Source: a virus. From it: a stretch of 64,000 nt of DNA. Shown piece by piece: positions 49,501-58,178 of the stretch. The stretch lies in IMG/VR virus record IMGVR_UViG_3300020473_000016. One strand, given 5' to 3'. Under the pieces are notes generated by a model, which saw only the letters and a list, made by a program, of their open reading frames with translations, was not told the DNA's origin and did not search any database. Position 1 is the stretch's first letter. Every line of letters starts with the position of its first letter. Both the position numbers and the translations under genes were made by a program.

Positions 49501-52500
49501 AAAGTAATAGAAATTAGTAAAATCAGTTCCAACCTTAGTTGTATAAGTATTAGTTTTTAATCTTGATCCAAATCCAAACTTAACATCTGTATATGCACCA
49601 TCATTACCTGGTAATGTTGTTGATGCTAATTTCTCAACAGTTATTAAGTTATAATTCTTACTAGGACTGATATCAAAGTAAGTCCCACTGAGACTACTAT
49701 GAGACGTATCAAATTTATACTTATAAAATTCTTGTATATCTAATTCTGGATTTGGTACAAATGTACTATTATCTTCTGAGAATTCAAATTTATACTCTAT
49801 GGAAGAGAACGCATTAACAGAGACTAATCTCTTAGGATTACTAGAGTCAAAGAATGTAGTACTAATATCAACAGAACTAGCAGATGACTTCTCTATACCA
49901 TAATCAAATACAACTGTTGCTTTTTGTGTTGTACTATCATATGACTTAATATAACCAGAACCAGCAATATCTCCTATTTGGAAATTATTAGTAAAATTAT
50001 ATTGTGCTTTATATAAAGTAATTTCCTTGTTATCGTAGTGGTCAACAGCAATTGTAGACTCTTGACCTCTATCAACAGATAAAGTATTGCTATTAATAGC
50101 AGTAATCTTGATTACTTCATCTCCTATTAATAGAAGATCATCTACAGCAAATCCTGTAGCATCATCAACTGTAACAGAAGTATTATTAGATGCAAAACCT
50201 GCATGATCAACAAATATAGTTAATCTTGCTGTACTTTGAGATCCACCAGATCTTACAAGACTTTCATCAGCAACTCCTAATTGATCACCAAACTTATATC
50301 CACTACCAGCATTCTGTATTGTAACATTTGATACAACACCAGCAGCAGATACAGTAATAGACGCAGTTGCACCAGTACCACTACCACTAGTTAATGGAAT
50401 ATTAGTATATGAATTTTCTGTGTAATCAGCACCACCATTTAATATAGTAAATCTACCAATACCACTATCATTAACCTTTGTCTTATTAGATGGTGTTTTA
50501 AAAGTAACTTCTTGATATAAACGTTTTCTTAAATACCAAGTTTTAGTTTTAGTATCATCATCTGGATTAATATCAATAGTTACCTTATCACCAATACCCA
50601 ATCCATGCTCAGATGATGTCTCAATAAGAGCAACACTTTGATTGACAATAAATGGTTCTAAATTATCACTTAATGATGTAAGTGTTATTATCTTAGATCC
50701 TGAAGTATTGAATAAATTACTTGACTGTATATAATAAGTATCATCAATAATCCATGTTCCTGAAAGAACTTTTATCTTAAGTACGTTCTGACTTGATGTA
50801 CCTTCTAGTACTTGAGCAGTAGCTATAGGAGTATTAACACCATCAGTAAGGCTTAAAGTAGCACCTTCAGTGTAAGAACTGTTCTGATCAACTAAAATAC
50901 TGAAAGTCTTAATGTCTGCTGAGAATGTTCCTGTATTATCAAACGTTCCTTGTACGTTTTTCAACACAATGTCATTATCACTGGCAACTGTACCTACTAT
51001 CTCACCATAAGCACCAGAAGATGGCTGCCTCAATGTATCATCAGCAAACAGATATGCAGTTTGAATTGTTGTTAACTTAACTACCTTATTTTCTTTTGAT
51101 TGTAGATAACTAACAGTTTCACCTTTAACAGAATTAACTCTTGCCTCTGCTTCTGAACCATCTGTTCCTACTTCATTAAAATAAACTTTTGAATTAACTG
51201 AGAAATTAGAAGATGAACTTTCTATAGCAACATCATCAATAGAACCAGGAGTAATATCAGAAATACTAGCAATTACACCTTCACCATTTATAGGTGTAGC
51301 ATCAACATAAAATCTCTTAGCATTCTTAGGAAGATCATTCTGATTAATCTTAGAGTTATAGTTACTATCTACAGGTAATGAATAGAAATTCTCTCCTAGT
51401 ACATAAGGGAACTGTGGTACTTGATTACTATCAATAGTTAAGAAGTATGCATAAGTTCCTTTTGGAAAATCTGGAGTAACACAAAATCTACCATTATTCT
51501 GATCTAACGTCCCTGACTTATGATTGTAAGTATAATCATTATTAAATGTCCCTAGAGGATATGTTACCTTAGAAGGACCATCTATACGATCACCATTGAG
51601 AGAATAACTAGATGTCATTCTAATTATTGATGTCGTAGCATCTAATGGATCTTCATATCCAAATGCACCATATATGGGGTTACCATCATAAGCAAAACCT
51701 ATGATAGGTGAATGAGTCTTAGTTGCTGGTTCACTACCAGTATTACTTAAATTATCATTGAGAGAAACACGAAGTGCTTTCGGGTTTGCTACATGAGCAT
51801 ATCCGTAGTAAAGATTATTGTCAAAGTTTTCAAACAGATAACCATACTCAGTATCTAAATTGGATTTAAACTTTTCAAACCTATTATAGTTCCATTCTTT
51901 AAGTAATGGAATTCCTGTGGCATTCTCTCCAACAGGGATAATATCTACATTTACATTCTCTTGTGTATAAAAGTTACCCTCATCTACCTTTTCAAATTCT
52001 TTCAGTTTACCATCAGTATCAAGGATTGCATTGAATTCAGCAAATCTACCTTTACCTGCATTGTCACGAATTCTTACGATTGGTTGAGAACTGTAAAACT
52101 CTCCTTTGTTAGCGATTGTAAGGCTTGTAACTTTACCTTGTGTTACTACAGCATTTACTACAGCATTCCTACCAGATGTAATAACAATATCTGGAGTTCT
52201 TGGAAATACATCATCAGTATCAACTATAATACTCTCTACAACTTCTCCTGATAATATTGCTCGTGCTTTGTTTGCAACACCATCTACAAGAACAAAGGGC
52301 GGTTTAACGTACCCTCTTCCTTGTACACTAACATTAATACTTTCTAGTTTACCGAACCTTATACTTTCTGTATCCTTGTAACCGTAGACAGGGACACCGT
52401 TTACAAGGATTCCAACATCTCTCTTAGGAGTCTTATATACTTCTGTAGTTCTTGTTGCTTGCTTTCTTATAAGACGAAGTAATCTTTGATCCTTTACAGT

Positions 52501-53964
52501 TTGAGTAACAGTAGACCCATCTAAAATGTCATATGATGGATAACTGGAACTAGTAATATAATAATACTGTTCATCTTCATGGATAGAAGAAACATTGGTC
52601 ATTACCTGGTCCAATGCAGTTTCCACAGCAGCATGTGTAGAAGAATTAACATCACCAGTAGTAAGAACCCAACGTGATTGACCATTTAACATGATCTTAG
52701 GATCGTTGGTCTCAAATCCTGGCTGGGAGACTTGTATGTTATCTCCTGGACTTGAATATGCTGCCGTATCAGTAGCATTCAAGTTGTATATTACACCAAG
52801 GCTTAAAAGAGTAACATTAGATCCTTTAAGTAGTACTGGTTTGTACACAGATGATCCAATTACGTGAGTTAATGGATTATCCCGTTTGGAAATGATGAAT
52901 TGTGAAACTGTACTCTCATCAAATGAGATTGTTTCGTCACCTATTAAGATTTCTCCAGTATCATCCCATCCTTGAGTAGAGAATACATTAATACGTTTAC
53001 CAACACCATCAGTATTAGGAAGTTCTTTCTCAAGACGAGTCTTAGTTGAGACAGAGAAGAGACCATTAACAGTTTCTGGTGCTAAAACGATATTCCATAT
53101 TACTTCATTATCAGAAGTACCTTCTGCATATACATTGTCAACAGTAGCAGAAGCATATCCATATTCTTCAGTAGCAGTCTGGACAATAGTCTGTCCTATT
53201 AAATCTTTTGCGTTACCACTAACAACTTTTGCTTTTAAAGCATATACATTGATCCAATCAGCATTGGATGCTTTGTAAGTAAAATCTCTTGGTTTGTAAA
53301 CTTCTGGTTTATTTTCTACATCTTTCGCAATAATAGTATTGAAAATAAACTTAATGGAACTATCAGTTCCCTTTGCCTTATAAAATTTCTGTATATTCTT
53401 AATAAGGGTTCTCTTGTCAACTTCACCTCTGAGATACTTCTCAGGGAAAGAACCCAAATACTGATTCTCAAAACTCTTTATAAACGCATAGATGAAAAGG
53501 TTACTAACGTTATATACCTTCTCTCCTGAGTTGTGAGGGGCAGCAGTAGTAGTTTTATAGTCTGATTCAGAATAAAGGTCACCTAGCGTTGTATTGCCAC
53601 TGACACCCCTTACACAACCACTTAGTGTTGTAGCAGTACGAGTATCATAAAATACAATCTCATCACCAATTCTTACGTATCCGTTTTTCTTTGGAAAACT
53701 CGTCGCATCTTGTAATACAATTGTATCATCACTAGCAGAAAGACTAGTGTCCAAGATATCAGACTGTCTAAGAAGATTTTGTTCATAATAATCTATATCT
53801 CTATATTTTTGTATATTAGAAATAATGTCTAAAGGACCACCTTGCAATTCCTGTGCTTCATAATACTTCTGTATGAACTTAGTAAACAATTCATACTCTG
53901 AAGTTATAAAATCAGGTATCTGTGACTCAATAAGAGTAGATATTCTTTTGGTCTTAACTGCCAT
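43594..53964 (-). CDS. gp7: Baseplate wedge initiator (3456 aa)
   Basis: Motifs ISTLIESQIPDFI..EYELF.KF..KYYE, FYKAKGT, HSPIIGFAYDGNPIYG, IDSNFYQDYSYVIKS and HPAGFKLFG; between gp6 and gp8. Confidence 0.88.
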   Translation of the reverse strand: MAVKTKRISTLIESQIPDFITSEYELFTKFIQKYYEAQELQGGPLDIISNIQKYRDIDYYEQNLLRQSDILDTSLSASDDTIVLQDATSFPKKNGYVRIGDEIVFYDTRTATTLSGCVRGVSGNTTLGDLYSESDYKTTTAAPHNSGEKVYNVSNLFIYAFIKSFENQYLGSFPEKYLRGEVDKRTLIKNIQKFYKAKGTDSSIKFIFNTIIAKDVENKPEVYKPRDFTYKASNADWINVYALKAKVVSGNAKDLIGQTIVQTATEEYGYASATVDNVYAEGTSDNEVIWNIVLAPETVNGLFSVSTKTRLEKELPNTDGVGKRINVFSTQGWDDTGEILIGDETISFDESTVSQFIISKRDNPLTHVIGSSVYKPVLLKGSNVTLLSLGVIYNLNATDTAAYSSPGDNIQVSQPGFETNDPKIMLNGQSRWVLTTGDVNSSTHAAVETALDQVMTNVSSIHEDEQYYYITSSSYPSYDILDGSTVTQTVKDQRLLRLIRKQATRTTEVYKTPKRDVGILVNGVPVYGYKDTESIRFGKLESINVSVQGRGYVKPPFVLVDGVANKARAILSGEVVESIIVDTDDVFPRTPDIVITSGRNAVVNAVVTQGKVTSLTIANKGEFYSSQPIVRIRDNAGKGRFAEFNAILDTDGKLKEFEKVDEGNFYTQENVNVDIIPVGENATGIPLLKEWNYNRFEKFKSNLDTEYGYLFENFDNNLYYGYAHVANPKALRVSLNDNLSNTGSEPATKTHSPIIGFAYDGNPIYGAFGYEDPLDATTSIIRMTSSYSLNGDRIDGPSKVTYPLGTFNNDYTYNHKSGTLDQNNGRFCVTPDFPKGTYAYFLTIDSNQVPQFPYVLGENFYSLPVDSNYNSKINQNDLPKNAKRFYVDATPINGEGVIASISDITPGSIDDVAIESSSSNFSVNSKVYFNEVGTDGSEAEARVNSVKGETVSYLQSKENKVVKLTTIQTAYLFADDTLRQPSSGAYGEIVGTVASDNDIVLKNVQGTFDNTGTFSADIKTFSILVDQNSSYTEGATLSLTDGVNTPIATAQVLEGTSSQNVLKIKVLSGTWIIDDTYYIQSSNLFNTSGSKIITLTSLSDNLEPFIVNQSVALIETSSEHGLGIGDKVTIDINPDDDTKTKTWYLRKRLYQEVTFKTPSNKTKVNDSGIGRFTILNGGADYTENSYTNIPLTSGSGTGATASITVSAAGVVSNVTIQNAGSGYKFGDQLGVADESLVRSGGSQSTARLTIFVDHAGFASNNTSVTVDDATGFAVDDLLLIGDEVIKITAINSNTLSVDRGQESTIAVDHYDNKEITLYKAQYNFTNNFQIGDIAGSGYIKSYDSTTQKATVVFDYGIEKSSASSVDISTTFFDSSNPKRLVSVNAFSSIEYKFEFSEDNSTFVPNPELDIQEFYKYKFDTSHSSLSGTYFDISPSKNYNLITVEKLASTTLPGNDGAYTDVKFGFGSRLKTNTYTTKVGTDFTNFYYFDNNNIVNSGDGKLKLITDPLQGTKVINYVTSNRFVYDLVGDSPLWDGSGTITYTTTGQFATGEINDFKVINLGSNYTKVPVVVGVSPRSDYQAEATVLFDLATQVVTGVNITNKGSNYVNPKVIIVEDTGEGAAFGASALDPDIPSPSPRKNASFEVIARAGEIYQINVTSPGEGYKSAPKIAIIEGDVKAYVNSSTIGIPQSVRFTNNGSAFHLDRSIASTFSSPYTVSLKSINGDFQKGETVVQKIGNTEIARAKVYEWRLGSNLLKLQSLTGILREDIAITGLASTSTGIVTAVFVTTFTEEISSFFDNQGFSKSDRGKLGVSNQRLIDSNFYQDYSYVIKSKTSIEQWRDLIKSTTHPAGFKLFGQVDVETDASTSMPSEVAKADHFSVIQLWDPEKNKITVENTSRVVTQSIQNVESQRVRRGIGSVATSDFNFNETRAFEFKLNGAFDGTYNSDGQLVGTKTFQVLDQNGVPFTPIKEESLIITLDGILQEPKVAYTVSGDNITFAQPPLGPGVKAGAAYDGVTFYGKVFYWKAPGAAYNTRYLKKIKNIFQRSGRWLDSANQLARNKEFITSEAVGYGKSTYPSLDWATKTDDYIKDIGFIIDAYEHDLRFGGNVKTVDYSTIFADTPYIKDNKDESFKIFKYATNLARLAIRNWDYIETNATYSTNTTTVTVTDTNNLTVGMYLTSGRAFQPDTRIASIDSLTQITVDKTILGNSSASSNTSPNSLSGTTSGDVNLAGVGQVILNDTYTVSLGDTVRIGEDPGGSPEIIFHLTGRTDGIFYDAAYLIERNKQHIVEESTQAIIASITDYQTNPTTYHPYVQYYVESVIYHLRLGGNERVAEIYKRLDFKNLPTTITGNPSAGFTTLLDEWKRDMSSMFVKASEYMTLAMRNSLQPKVYSTVDPNPDNTITVDKLAPACAEVAAALDTFGSITKTVLTEGEGLVVPTSINVNKTGNWTSTTTYANHNIIPDPQLIAKDCDNVVSAVDSLYDSFQDIISERSVTRSNPDYVDGENTDFELYWDDGTAVDTNEDEDFFLTINAVLQTPKYSAGVSPDSYFIDRTNVPNVLKFSVAPIWDQDLGAKNLGEATAVEKVVGIGVGNYKRLTIDYDLVDNVKSGPFLILDVEDGTSQTVEQKDYLYVFLDGVLQREGYSYTIAGPNIFFNVPINKKMKVDMRYLYGRDAGQTLNIYDFAPDTYFAVGTFVLETTSAWVDPFLTYAWMGEKVGTGIHCWQVRANGTYNVIGEVSSAYKTSTTLSFSIKSQNASVEPGLDLIFAVKTDYSKTYTFPEPEFTNPTLTFPIDSTGRKQLFSDNSIWFGTTLGTTYRNPFAYLSNGDLVRVEGEDKFRRIKKVPESTTSKDGRGGEQLTDDVYSNISVEGFNGVTRGEGLSVVATVENGKVTALTWNRRSYDPLTQPTAYQYFTPPVLEFIPEDGTGGGARAEVIVSKGQVLSVDLLDGGSGYTKAPIVVVARRFDILTERDIGVSLINAEMVPQVEIGQGAVSASRITVIGTQVQNVDTFTSTLFNSPHDVTKKITAELQIDTDNIASGESGFDMPVGQEQPGGANIVYIEPEPVEIVGKGGALENSYEATVLSAELQDIVSLNSVTKVQKHIVSTLTHEIRNTALTNINYFEDAAYTNVDTNIGDSIVYIPDTSKFNSNGHLLIGNERIRYWRKLSDRFLAVDRGLYGTSDQFHAAGTYVRQVPELISIAPVGIVKIESESSDVSIINASAGAVTESEYERQIQTPVNTLSDSKTEIVVKPPETGIVDQYEEVAFLSDPVEQRNGNLVDLTEPYTVTKRDTTIIEVVNQVFGREVLLIGDYIIGNVGSTIGMYDQSGIDVGAAGVSALTIGEIDRIFASMTIKDFILRSQSNYTLSGDYFNLGRPTTQNPVAITSSSGTIGGNIVVQDTTHWPSTGYIFTSGGTVIQYTSKTSTTFEGCTLYSGPNSIANGQELVPYNPT

Positions 53965-55760
53965 TACTCTTTATACGCAACGAAACTGGAATTTGCTATA
54001 TCAACGTCAAGATACATCTCTCGAAGTGCCTTGATGTCATTAGAAAGGGGTTTAACCGTTAGGGAAATACGATTGTCGAAGAAACTACCTTTAATAATAG
54101 TCATGTTGTGTAACATAATCTCACCTTTCGCATAATCAATATCACCAACTTCCTTGTCCAGGACTACCTTATCGCCAGTCACAGGATCTAGTCTATATAG
54201 GACAATTTTCTTATCCCTGTCCTCTAGATAGACATCATAAGTAGGATGTTCTGTCACCCTAAACCCAGTAGAGGAAAGAACTGGATCATCACAATCGCTA
54301 TCAAATGCATTTTGATAGCACACTTCATAAAAATAAGTAGAATTTAATTGAGGGTAGAAATCTCTCCTCATAGAAAGAGATGTCAAGTTAGAATTAATAG
54401 TACGATCCGCATCATCTATCACTCCAATAAACTTACTGTAACGGAATGTACCCTTAAACTTCTCAGTATCAGAGTTATCAACATAGTTTTGTATAGATCC
54501 AATAACCTTATCTCTTATTTGAGAAGGAGTTTGATCTGTTTGTAAACTGTTATAATAGATTTTACTATTCATTTCAACGTGAAGAATAGCAGGATCTACA
54601 ATTACTGGTTGAACAGATGCTACGACATACTTCTTTAACTGCTCAACAATCTGATTTTTAGTTAAAGATGTCAAATATGATGCATCTGATGGTTTTAAAA
54701 CTATAAAAACTTTTCCATAATCAGGTGGATCTTGATCTTCTCCACCAAATATTATTATATCGCTAGTAGCAGGATAGATATTTCTTACGATTGCACCATA
54801 ATCGTCAGAGGTCACTGCACGATCCTGTGACCCATATGTTTTTGGTGCGTTATATTTGATCTTATCAGTAGTTTCAATGACCTCTCCACCTGCTGAGGCG
54901 ATGGTAGAGTTGATTGTAACGTTAAATGCATTAGGAGAAACACCACTAGGGTTCTCAAGAACACCAGAAAAGACAAAAGTCTTCACTCCATTGGACGCTG
55001 GACCATTAGTAGTGATGTAAGAAACTTCAACAATAGTGTTATTTTCTAATTTTTTACCTAAAACACCATCACCAAAGATCAATTCATACCTTTCATCTGC
55101 AATTTCATCAAGGAAAAACACTTTAGAGTTAGCATCTATACCTAAAATGTTATCAGAAACCAAATATGGTTCGTTAAATGATCCTCCTGTTGGAAAAACT
55201 TTAACACTAATTGTATTAGTATCAATATTTTGGTTGTTTAATACGAACTTTTGTCCTTTAACTGATGTATTAACAACAAATCTTTGTACAACTTGAGTTC
55301 CTTCCCTTATAGGAATACCAGAAAACACTGCTGTATCGTTAGAAACCTGTGCTTTTGTGTCCTCTAATGTTACATAATTGAAAAGAGTGTTATCATATGA
55401 CGCAATAAACCCTGTTCCCTTCTTAAGAATCAACTCTGTGTCTGTTGTAGGGTTAGAATAATTGACAGTAAATGAAATATAAGCAGTAGGAGACGTAGCA
55501 CTCTTAGGTCTATACCCTAGTTGCTTTGCAATTGCTATTACATTGTCTCTCAAGGAGGCAGAATCAATGAATAGTTCATTGACTACCATGTTAGTATTAA
55601 ACGCCGTGTAGTACGTATTATACGCAAGTACATCTAGCATGTTTGATAGTGCCGAACCATCAAAATCATAATCAGTAAAATCTGACTGTGCTCTCAAGTA
55701 TTCTTTGAGAGAAGATTTAATCTGATCAAAATCTAAATTAGCGACCTGTGTATATGGCAT
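53964..55760 (-). CDS. gp6: Baseplate wedge subunit
   Basis: Motifs LDFDQIKSSLKEYL..QSDFTDYDFDGS, LAYNTYYTAFN and QDRAVTSDDY. Confidence 0.95.
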   Translation of the reverse strand: MPYTQVANLDFDQIKSSLKEYLRAQSDFTDYDFDGSALSNMLDVLAYNTYYTAFNTNMVVNELFIDSASLRDNVIAIAKQLGYRPKSATSPTAYISFTVNYSNPTTDTELILKKGTGFIASYDNTLFNYVTLEDTKAQVSNDTAVFSGIPIREGTQVVQRFVVNTSVKGQKFVLNNQNIDTNTISVKVFPTGGSFNEPYLVSDNILGIDANSKVFFLDEIADERYELIFGDGVLGKKLENNTIVEVSYITTNGPASNGVKTFVFSGVLENPSGVSPNAFNVTINSTIASAGGEVIETTDKIKYNAPKTYGSQDRAVTSDDYGAIVRNIYPATSDIIIFGGEDQDPPDYGKVFIVLKPSDASYLTSLTKNQIVEQLKKYVVASVQPVIVDPAILHVEMNSKIYYNSLQTDQTPSQIRDKVIGSIQNYVDNSDTEKFKGTFRYSKFIGVIDDADRTINSNLTSLSMRRDFYPQLNSTYFYEVCYQNAFDSDCDDPVLSSTGFRVTEHPTYDVYLEDRDKKIVLYRLDPVTGDKVVLDKEVGDIDYAKGEIMLHNMTIIKGSFFDNRISLTVKPLSNDIKALREMYLDVDIANSSFVAYKE

Positions 55761-56171
55761 TTATCTTGTACGTTCTAAGAAGAATTCAACAGCCACTGTT
55801 CTACCATCATCTATTCCAACAATCTGGTAAGATAATTCTACATTAAAACCATTATTTTGAAAATCAGGATTGCATCCTATAGTATCAATTTGTATACGAG
55901 GTTCATATGTTACTAGAGTTTCTGCAATTTCTGCTTTAATCAAAGCAGCAGAACCATAATCTAATGGTTCAAATAATATATTTCTAACTCCACAACCAAG
56001 TGTAGGTTGAAATGGTCTCTCACCCTTTTCAGTAAGGATAAGATTCTGTATTGCTTGTACAATTGCAGCCTTATCCTTCACACAAACGAGATCATCCGTA
56101 ACTGGATGTGTCTTGAATGTGACGCTTAGATCTTTAAACGTCTGGAAGGTGGGCATATGTAGATACAGCAA
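55761..56171 (-). CDS. gp25: Baseplate wedge subunit (gp25/GPW family)
   Basis: Motifs FKDLSVTF..HPVT.DL, IQNLILTEKGERPFQPTLG and YEPRI. Confidence 0.93.
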   Translation of the reverse strand: MLYLHMPTFQTFKDLSVTFKTHPVTDDLVCVKDKAAIVQAIQNLILTEKGERPFQPTLGCGVRNILFEPLDYGSAALIKAEIAETLVTYEPRIQIDTIGCNPDFQNNGFNVELSYQIVGIDDGRTVAVEFFLERTR

Positions 56172-56180
56172 GGCTGTTTT

Positions 56181-56187
56181 TATTTAT
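56181..56187 (-). promoter_or_regulatory. T4-type late promoter (ATAAATA)
   Basis: Directly upstream of gp25. Confidence 0.6.
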
Positions 56188-56496
56188 CTACCCAATGCTA
56201 TAGAACGTATAACTTAAGGTCAGTTCTTGCTGAGGTCTTATAGGTTTTATTGTCTTAATATAATATCTGTCACCTATTTGGTATTTCTCACAGTTAGGTG
56301 TATCACTGTGATTAATGAAACCGCCAAGCGGAGTTCTTATTATCTCTTCGTCTATAATAAGATGAGACATGCCAAGTTCCGCACCTACCGCGAGGGGTAG
56401 ACGCGAAAATAAACCTTGACCTGCTATAGAACTGTAATCTATATAACAGCCTCTAGGTAGTGCTTGGTACATTTGTTTCCTCACGGCAGCATTCAT
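56188..56496 (-). CDS. Minimal SET-domain protein (putative lysine methyltransferase)
   Basis: Motifs SSIAGQGLFS, GGFINHSDTPNC and IRPQQELTLSY. Confidence 0.82.
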   Translation of the reverse strand: MNAAVRKQMYQALPRGCYIDYSSIAGQGLFSRLPLAVGAELGMSHLIIDEEIIRTPLGGFINHSDTPNCEKYQIGDRYYIKTIKPIRPQQELTLSYTFYSIG

Positions 56497-56641
56497 GTCC
56501 TTCTTCCTGCCTATGCATGTGCTCTAAAACATGCTCTAACTTACTCTCTATCCTTTCCAATACATCTAATAGAGGATCATCATAATAGTACATATTAGAA
56601 TTCTCAGGTGCTCTGGTCTCGTCGTTAGTCATAGTCCTCAC
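56453..56641 (-). CDS. Hypothetical protein
   Basis: ORF track; late promoter just upstream. Confidence 0.55.
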   Translation of the reverse strand: MRTMTNDETRAPENSNMYYYDDPLLDVLERIESKLEHVLEHMHRQEEGHECCREETNVPSTT

Positions 56642-56661
56642 TCCTTTATTGAATAATACAA

Positions 56662-56668
56662 TATTTAG
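56662..56668 (-). promoter_or_regulatory. T4-type late promoter (CTAAATA)
   Basis: Intergenic, about 21 nt upstream of 56641. Confidence 0.55.
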
Positions 56669-56698
56669 TCGGAGATTCGCTCGGCGTTTTCGGCGGTA

Positions 56699-56836
56699 TT
56701 AACCAAAAGTGTGTGTATTGTAACTCTTACGGATAGGAGGATACTTTACCTTCTTCCTAGTAACAGTTTGATATATCTTATAGAGAGTATGGGAAGGTAT
56801 CTCAGAAGTTTTTTGGGTGAGTAACAACATCTCCAT
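56699..56836 (-). CDS. Small basic hypothetical protein (45 aa)
   Basis: Manual translation: MEMLLLTQKTSEIPSHTLYKIYQTVTRKKVKYPPIRKSYNTHTFG. Confidence 0.45.
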   Translation of the reverse strand: MEMLLLTQKTSEIPSHTLYKIYQTVTRKKVKYPPIRKSYNTHTFG

Positions 56837-56951
56837 GTATTTCTCCTATATCGTCTATGTGTGCATGATCAATCTTCTCAATATGAAGATGTTCTAAAGA
56901 ATTAGCAATTCTTTCGAGTGCATTAGCAATGCGTGTAAAATCTTCGCTCAT
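56802..56951 (-). CDS. Small His-rich hypothetical protein (49 aa)
   Basis: Manual translation: MSEDFTRIANALERIANSLEHLHIEKIDHAHIDDIGEIHGDVVTHPKNF. Confidence 0.6.
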   Translation of the reverse strand: MSEDFTRIANALERIANSLEHLHIEKIDHAHIDDIGEIHGDVVTHPKNF

Positions 56952-57136
56952 TTTAAATGTGATGTACCTGAATCTAAGTGTTCTTCCATTTTCTTATTAA
57001 TCTCCTCCATCTTTGCCTCCACAGACTCTGGCGTTGCCATAACCCTGTATAAGACTTTATCTCTCGTAGAGAGTTCATTAATCATCTTAGTGACTTGTTC
57101 CCACAAATGATCAGAACCCACGCCCTTCATGCTCAT
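56948..57136 (-). CDS. Hypothetical protein
   Basis: ORF track; ATGA overlaps. Confidence 0.6.
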   Translation of the reverse strand: MSMKGVGSDHLWEQVTKMINELSTRDKVLYRVMATPESVEAKMEEINKKMEEHLDSGTSHLK

Positions 57137-57267
57137 TTGCCCTGACCTCTGTAACGCTTACGAGCACCATTGCGAGAAGATGCTGAGAGTTTTGTGTTCT
57201 TACTCTTACCTTGCCTAGTCACCTTTGCTGGTGGTGCTTGGTATTCTGAGTTGTTATAAAGTGCCAT
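57133..57267 (-). CDS. Small basic protein (44 aa) next to the PAAR-like gene
   Basis: Manual translation: MALYNNSEYQAPPAKVTRQGKSKNTKLSASSRNGARKRYRGQGK; TAATG coupling. Confidence 0.72.
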   Translation of the reverse strand: MALYNNSEYQAPPAKVTRQGKSKNTKLSASSRNGARKRYRGQGK

Positions 57268-57680
57268 TAACCTGACCTACGTGTTCCTATGTGTATTGTA
57301 GCACCAATACCAGGTGGTTGGCAAGTCCTTTGTTGGGAAGTGTTACCACATACACTATAATCCCCGACCAGTGCTATAGGTCTTCCATTAAACTTAACCT
57401 TCTGACATTTCAGATCATCATCATTAAATGTTCGTGATGTTGCAGTACAACCTGTTAAGGTTCTTGGAACTCCTGGAACTGGTGCTGGTGTTGCAGCACT
57501 GTTATATGCTAACAACGGAGCTTTCTCGATAAAAATCTTACCACCAGCAACTCTACCAATTCCTGTGGTTCTAGCAACATTAGGTGCAGGTGCACCTCCT
57601 AATGCAAGAGGGTTATAGAAACAGTTAGGATCTTGAGTGGGCGAATCTAATGTTCCTGGATGTACTATCTGTAATGCCAT
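57267..57680 (-). CDS. PAAR-like spike-tip protein (gp5.4-like)
   Basis: Motif VKFNGRPIALVGD..C, Pro/Cys-rich, typical position. Confidence 0.6.
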   Translation of the reverse strand: MALQIVHPGTLDSPTQDPNCFYNPLALGGAPAPNVARTTGIGRVAGGKIFIEKAPLLAYNSAATPAPVPGVPRTLTGCTATSRTFNDDDLKCQKVKFNGRPIALVGDYSVCGNTSQQRTCQPPGIGATIHIGTRRSG

Positions 57681-57913
57681 TACCTTATTCTATTTCCGAA
57701 TTTTACTAAGTCCACTTTCAGACCCTCGACGTTATTGTGCAAATAATCTAAAGTATCAGAGACGGTTTCGTAATCACTCGACGATGGTCGTCGGTACATT
57801 AACGATGGCCGCTCGAGCTGGGATATCCTCTGCTCCTGTTCTTGGCACTTCTCTGACAACATCAGGAGTGCCTGTTCCAATTTCTTCTGATTTGCTAATA
57901 ACTCTTCCATCAT
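57680..57913 (-). CDS. Hypothetical coiled-coil protein
   Basis: Part of track ORF 57680..57973, with a likely start at MMEELL (inference). Confidence 0.65.
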   Translation of the reverse strand: MMEELLANQKKLEQALLMLSEKCQEQEQRISQLERPSLMYRRPSSSDYETVSDTLDYLHNNVEGLKVDLVKFGNRIR

Positions 57914-58022
57914 TTTGATCTCCACGTAAGAAGGCGTTTGCGGCTCGACTCTCAAATTCATCACAGAACTCATCGAAGTGATTCAGAATGTGCTCATAGT
58001 TTAGTTCGGGTTTTTCAGTCAT
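57774..58022 (-). CDS. Hypothetical acidic protein
   Basis: First ORF after the late promoter at 58080. Confidence 0.6.
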   Translation of the reverse strand: MTEKPELNYEHILNHFDEFCDEFESRAANAFLRGDQNDGRVISKSEEIGTGTPDVVREVPRTGAEDIPARAAIVNVPTTIVE

Positions 58023-58079
58023 TTTTTACCGCGGAAATTTTTTTCAAATTTATGGTTTTAAAAAAACCATTTTCAAATT

Positions 58080-58086
58080 TATTTAG
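58080..58086 (-). promoter_or_regulatory. T4-type late promoter (CTAAATA) at the start of the late structural block
   Basis: TAAATA core in an AT-rich intergenic stretch. Confidence 0.55.
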
Positions 58087-58178
58087 CTGTCGTCTGGATA
58101 CTTTTGTAGGTTAGCTCTTTTGGATTTTCGCTCGGGCTAAGGGGGTAGGGGTCGCACACCCCAAAACACTGTCCGTGC

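Noticed and set aside
15432-53964. Inteins, introns or a DGR in the giant structural genes
   Set aside because: The reading frames are continuous. No intein splice motifs, reverse transcriptase gene or near-identical TR/VR nucleotide repeat pair was noticed; the repeats are diverged at the DNA level.
988-55296. Many plus-strand and alternative-frame ORFs in the track (e.g. 988-1254, 11080-11505, 16318-16797, 18532-19020, 34020-34358)
   Set aside because: They lie antisense or out of frame inside well-supported genes, have no recognisable motifs, and are expected shadows of the codon bias.
55761-56171. Lysozyme activity for gp25
   Set aside because: This is a legacy annotation; the family is a structural baseplate and sheath-initiation subunit.
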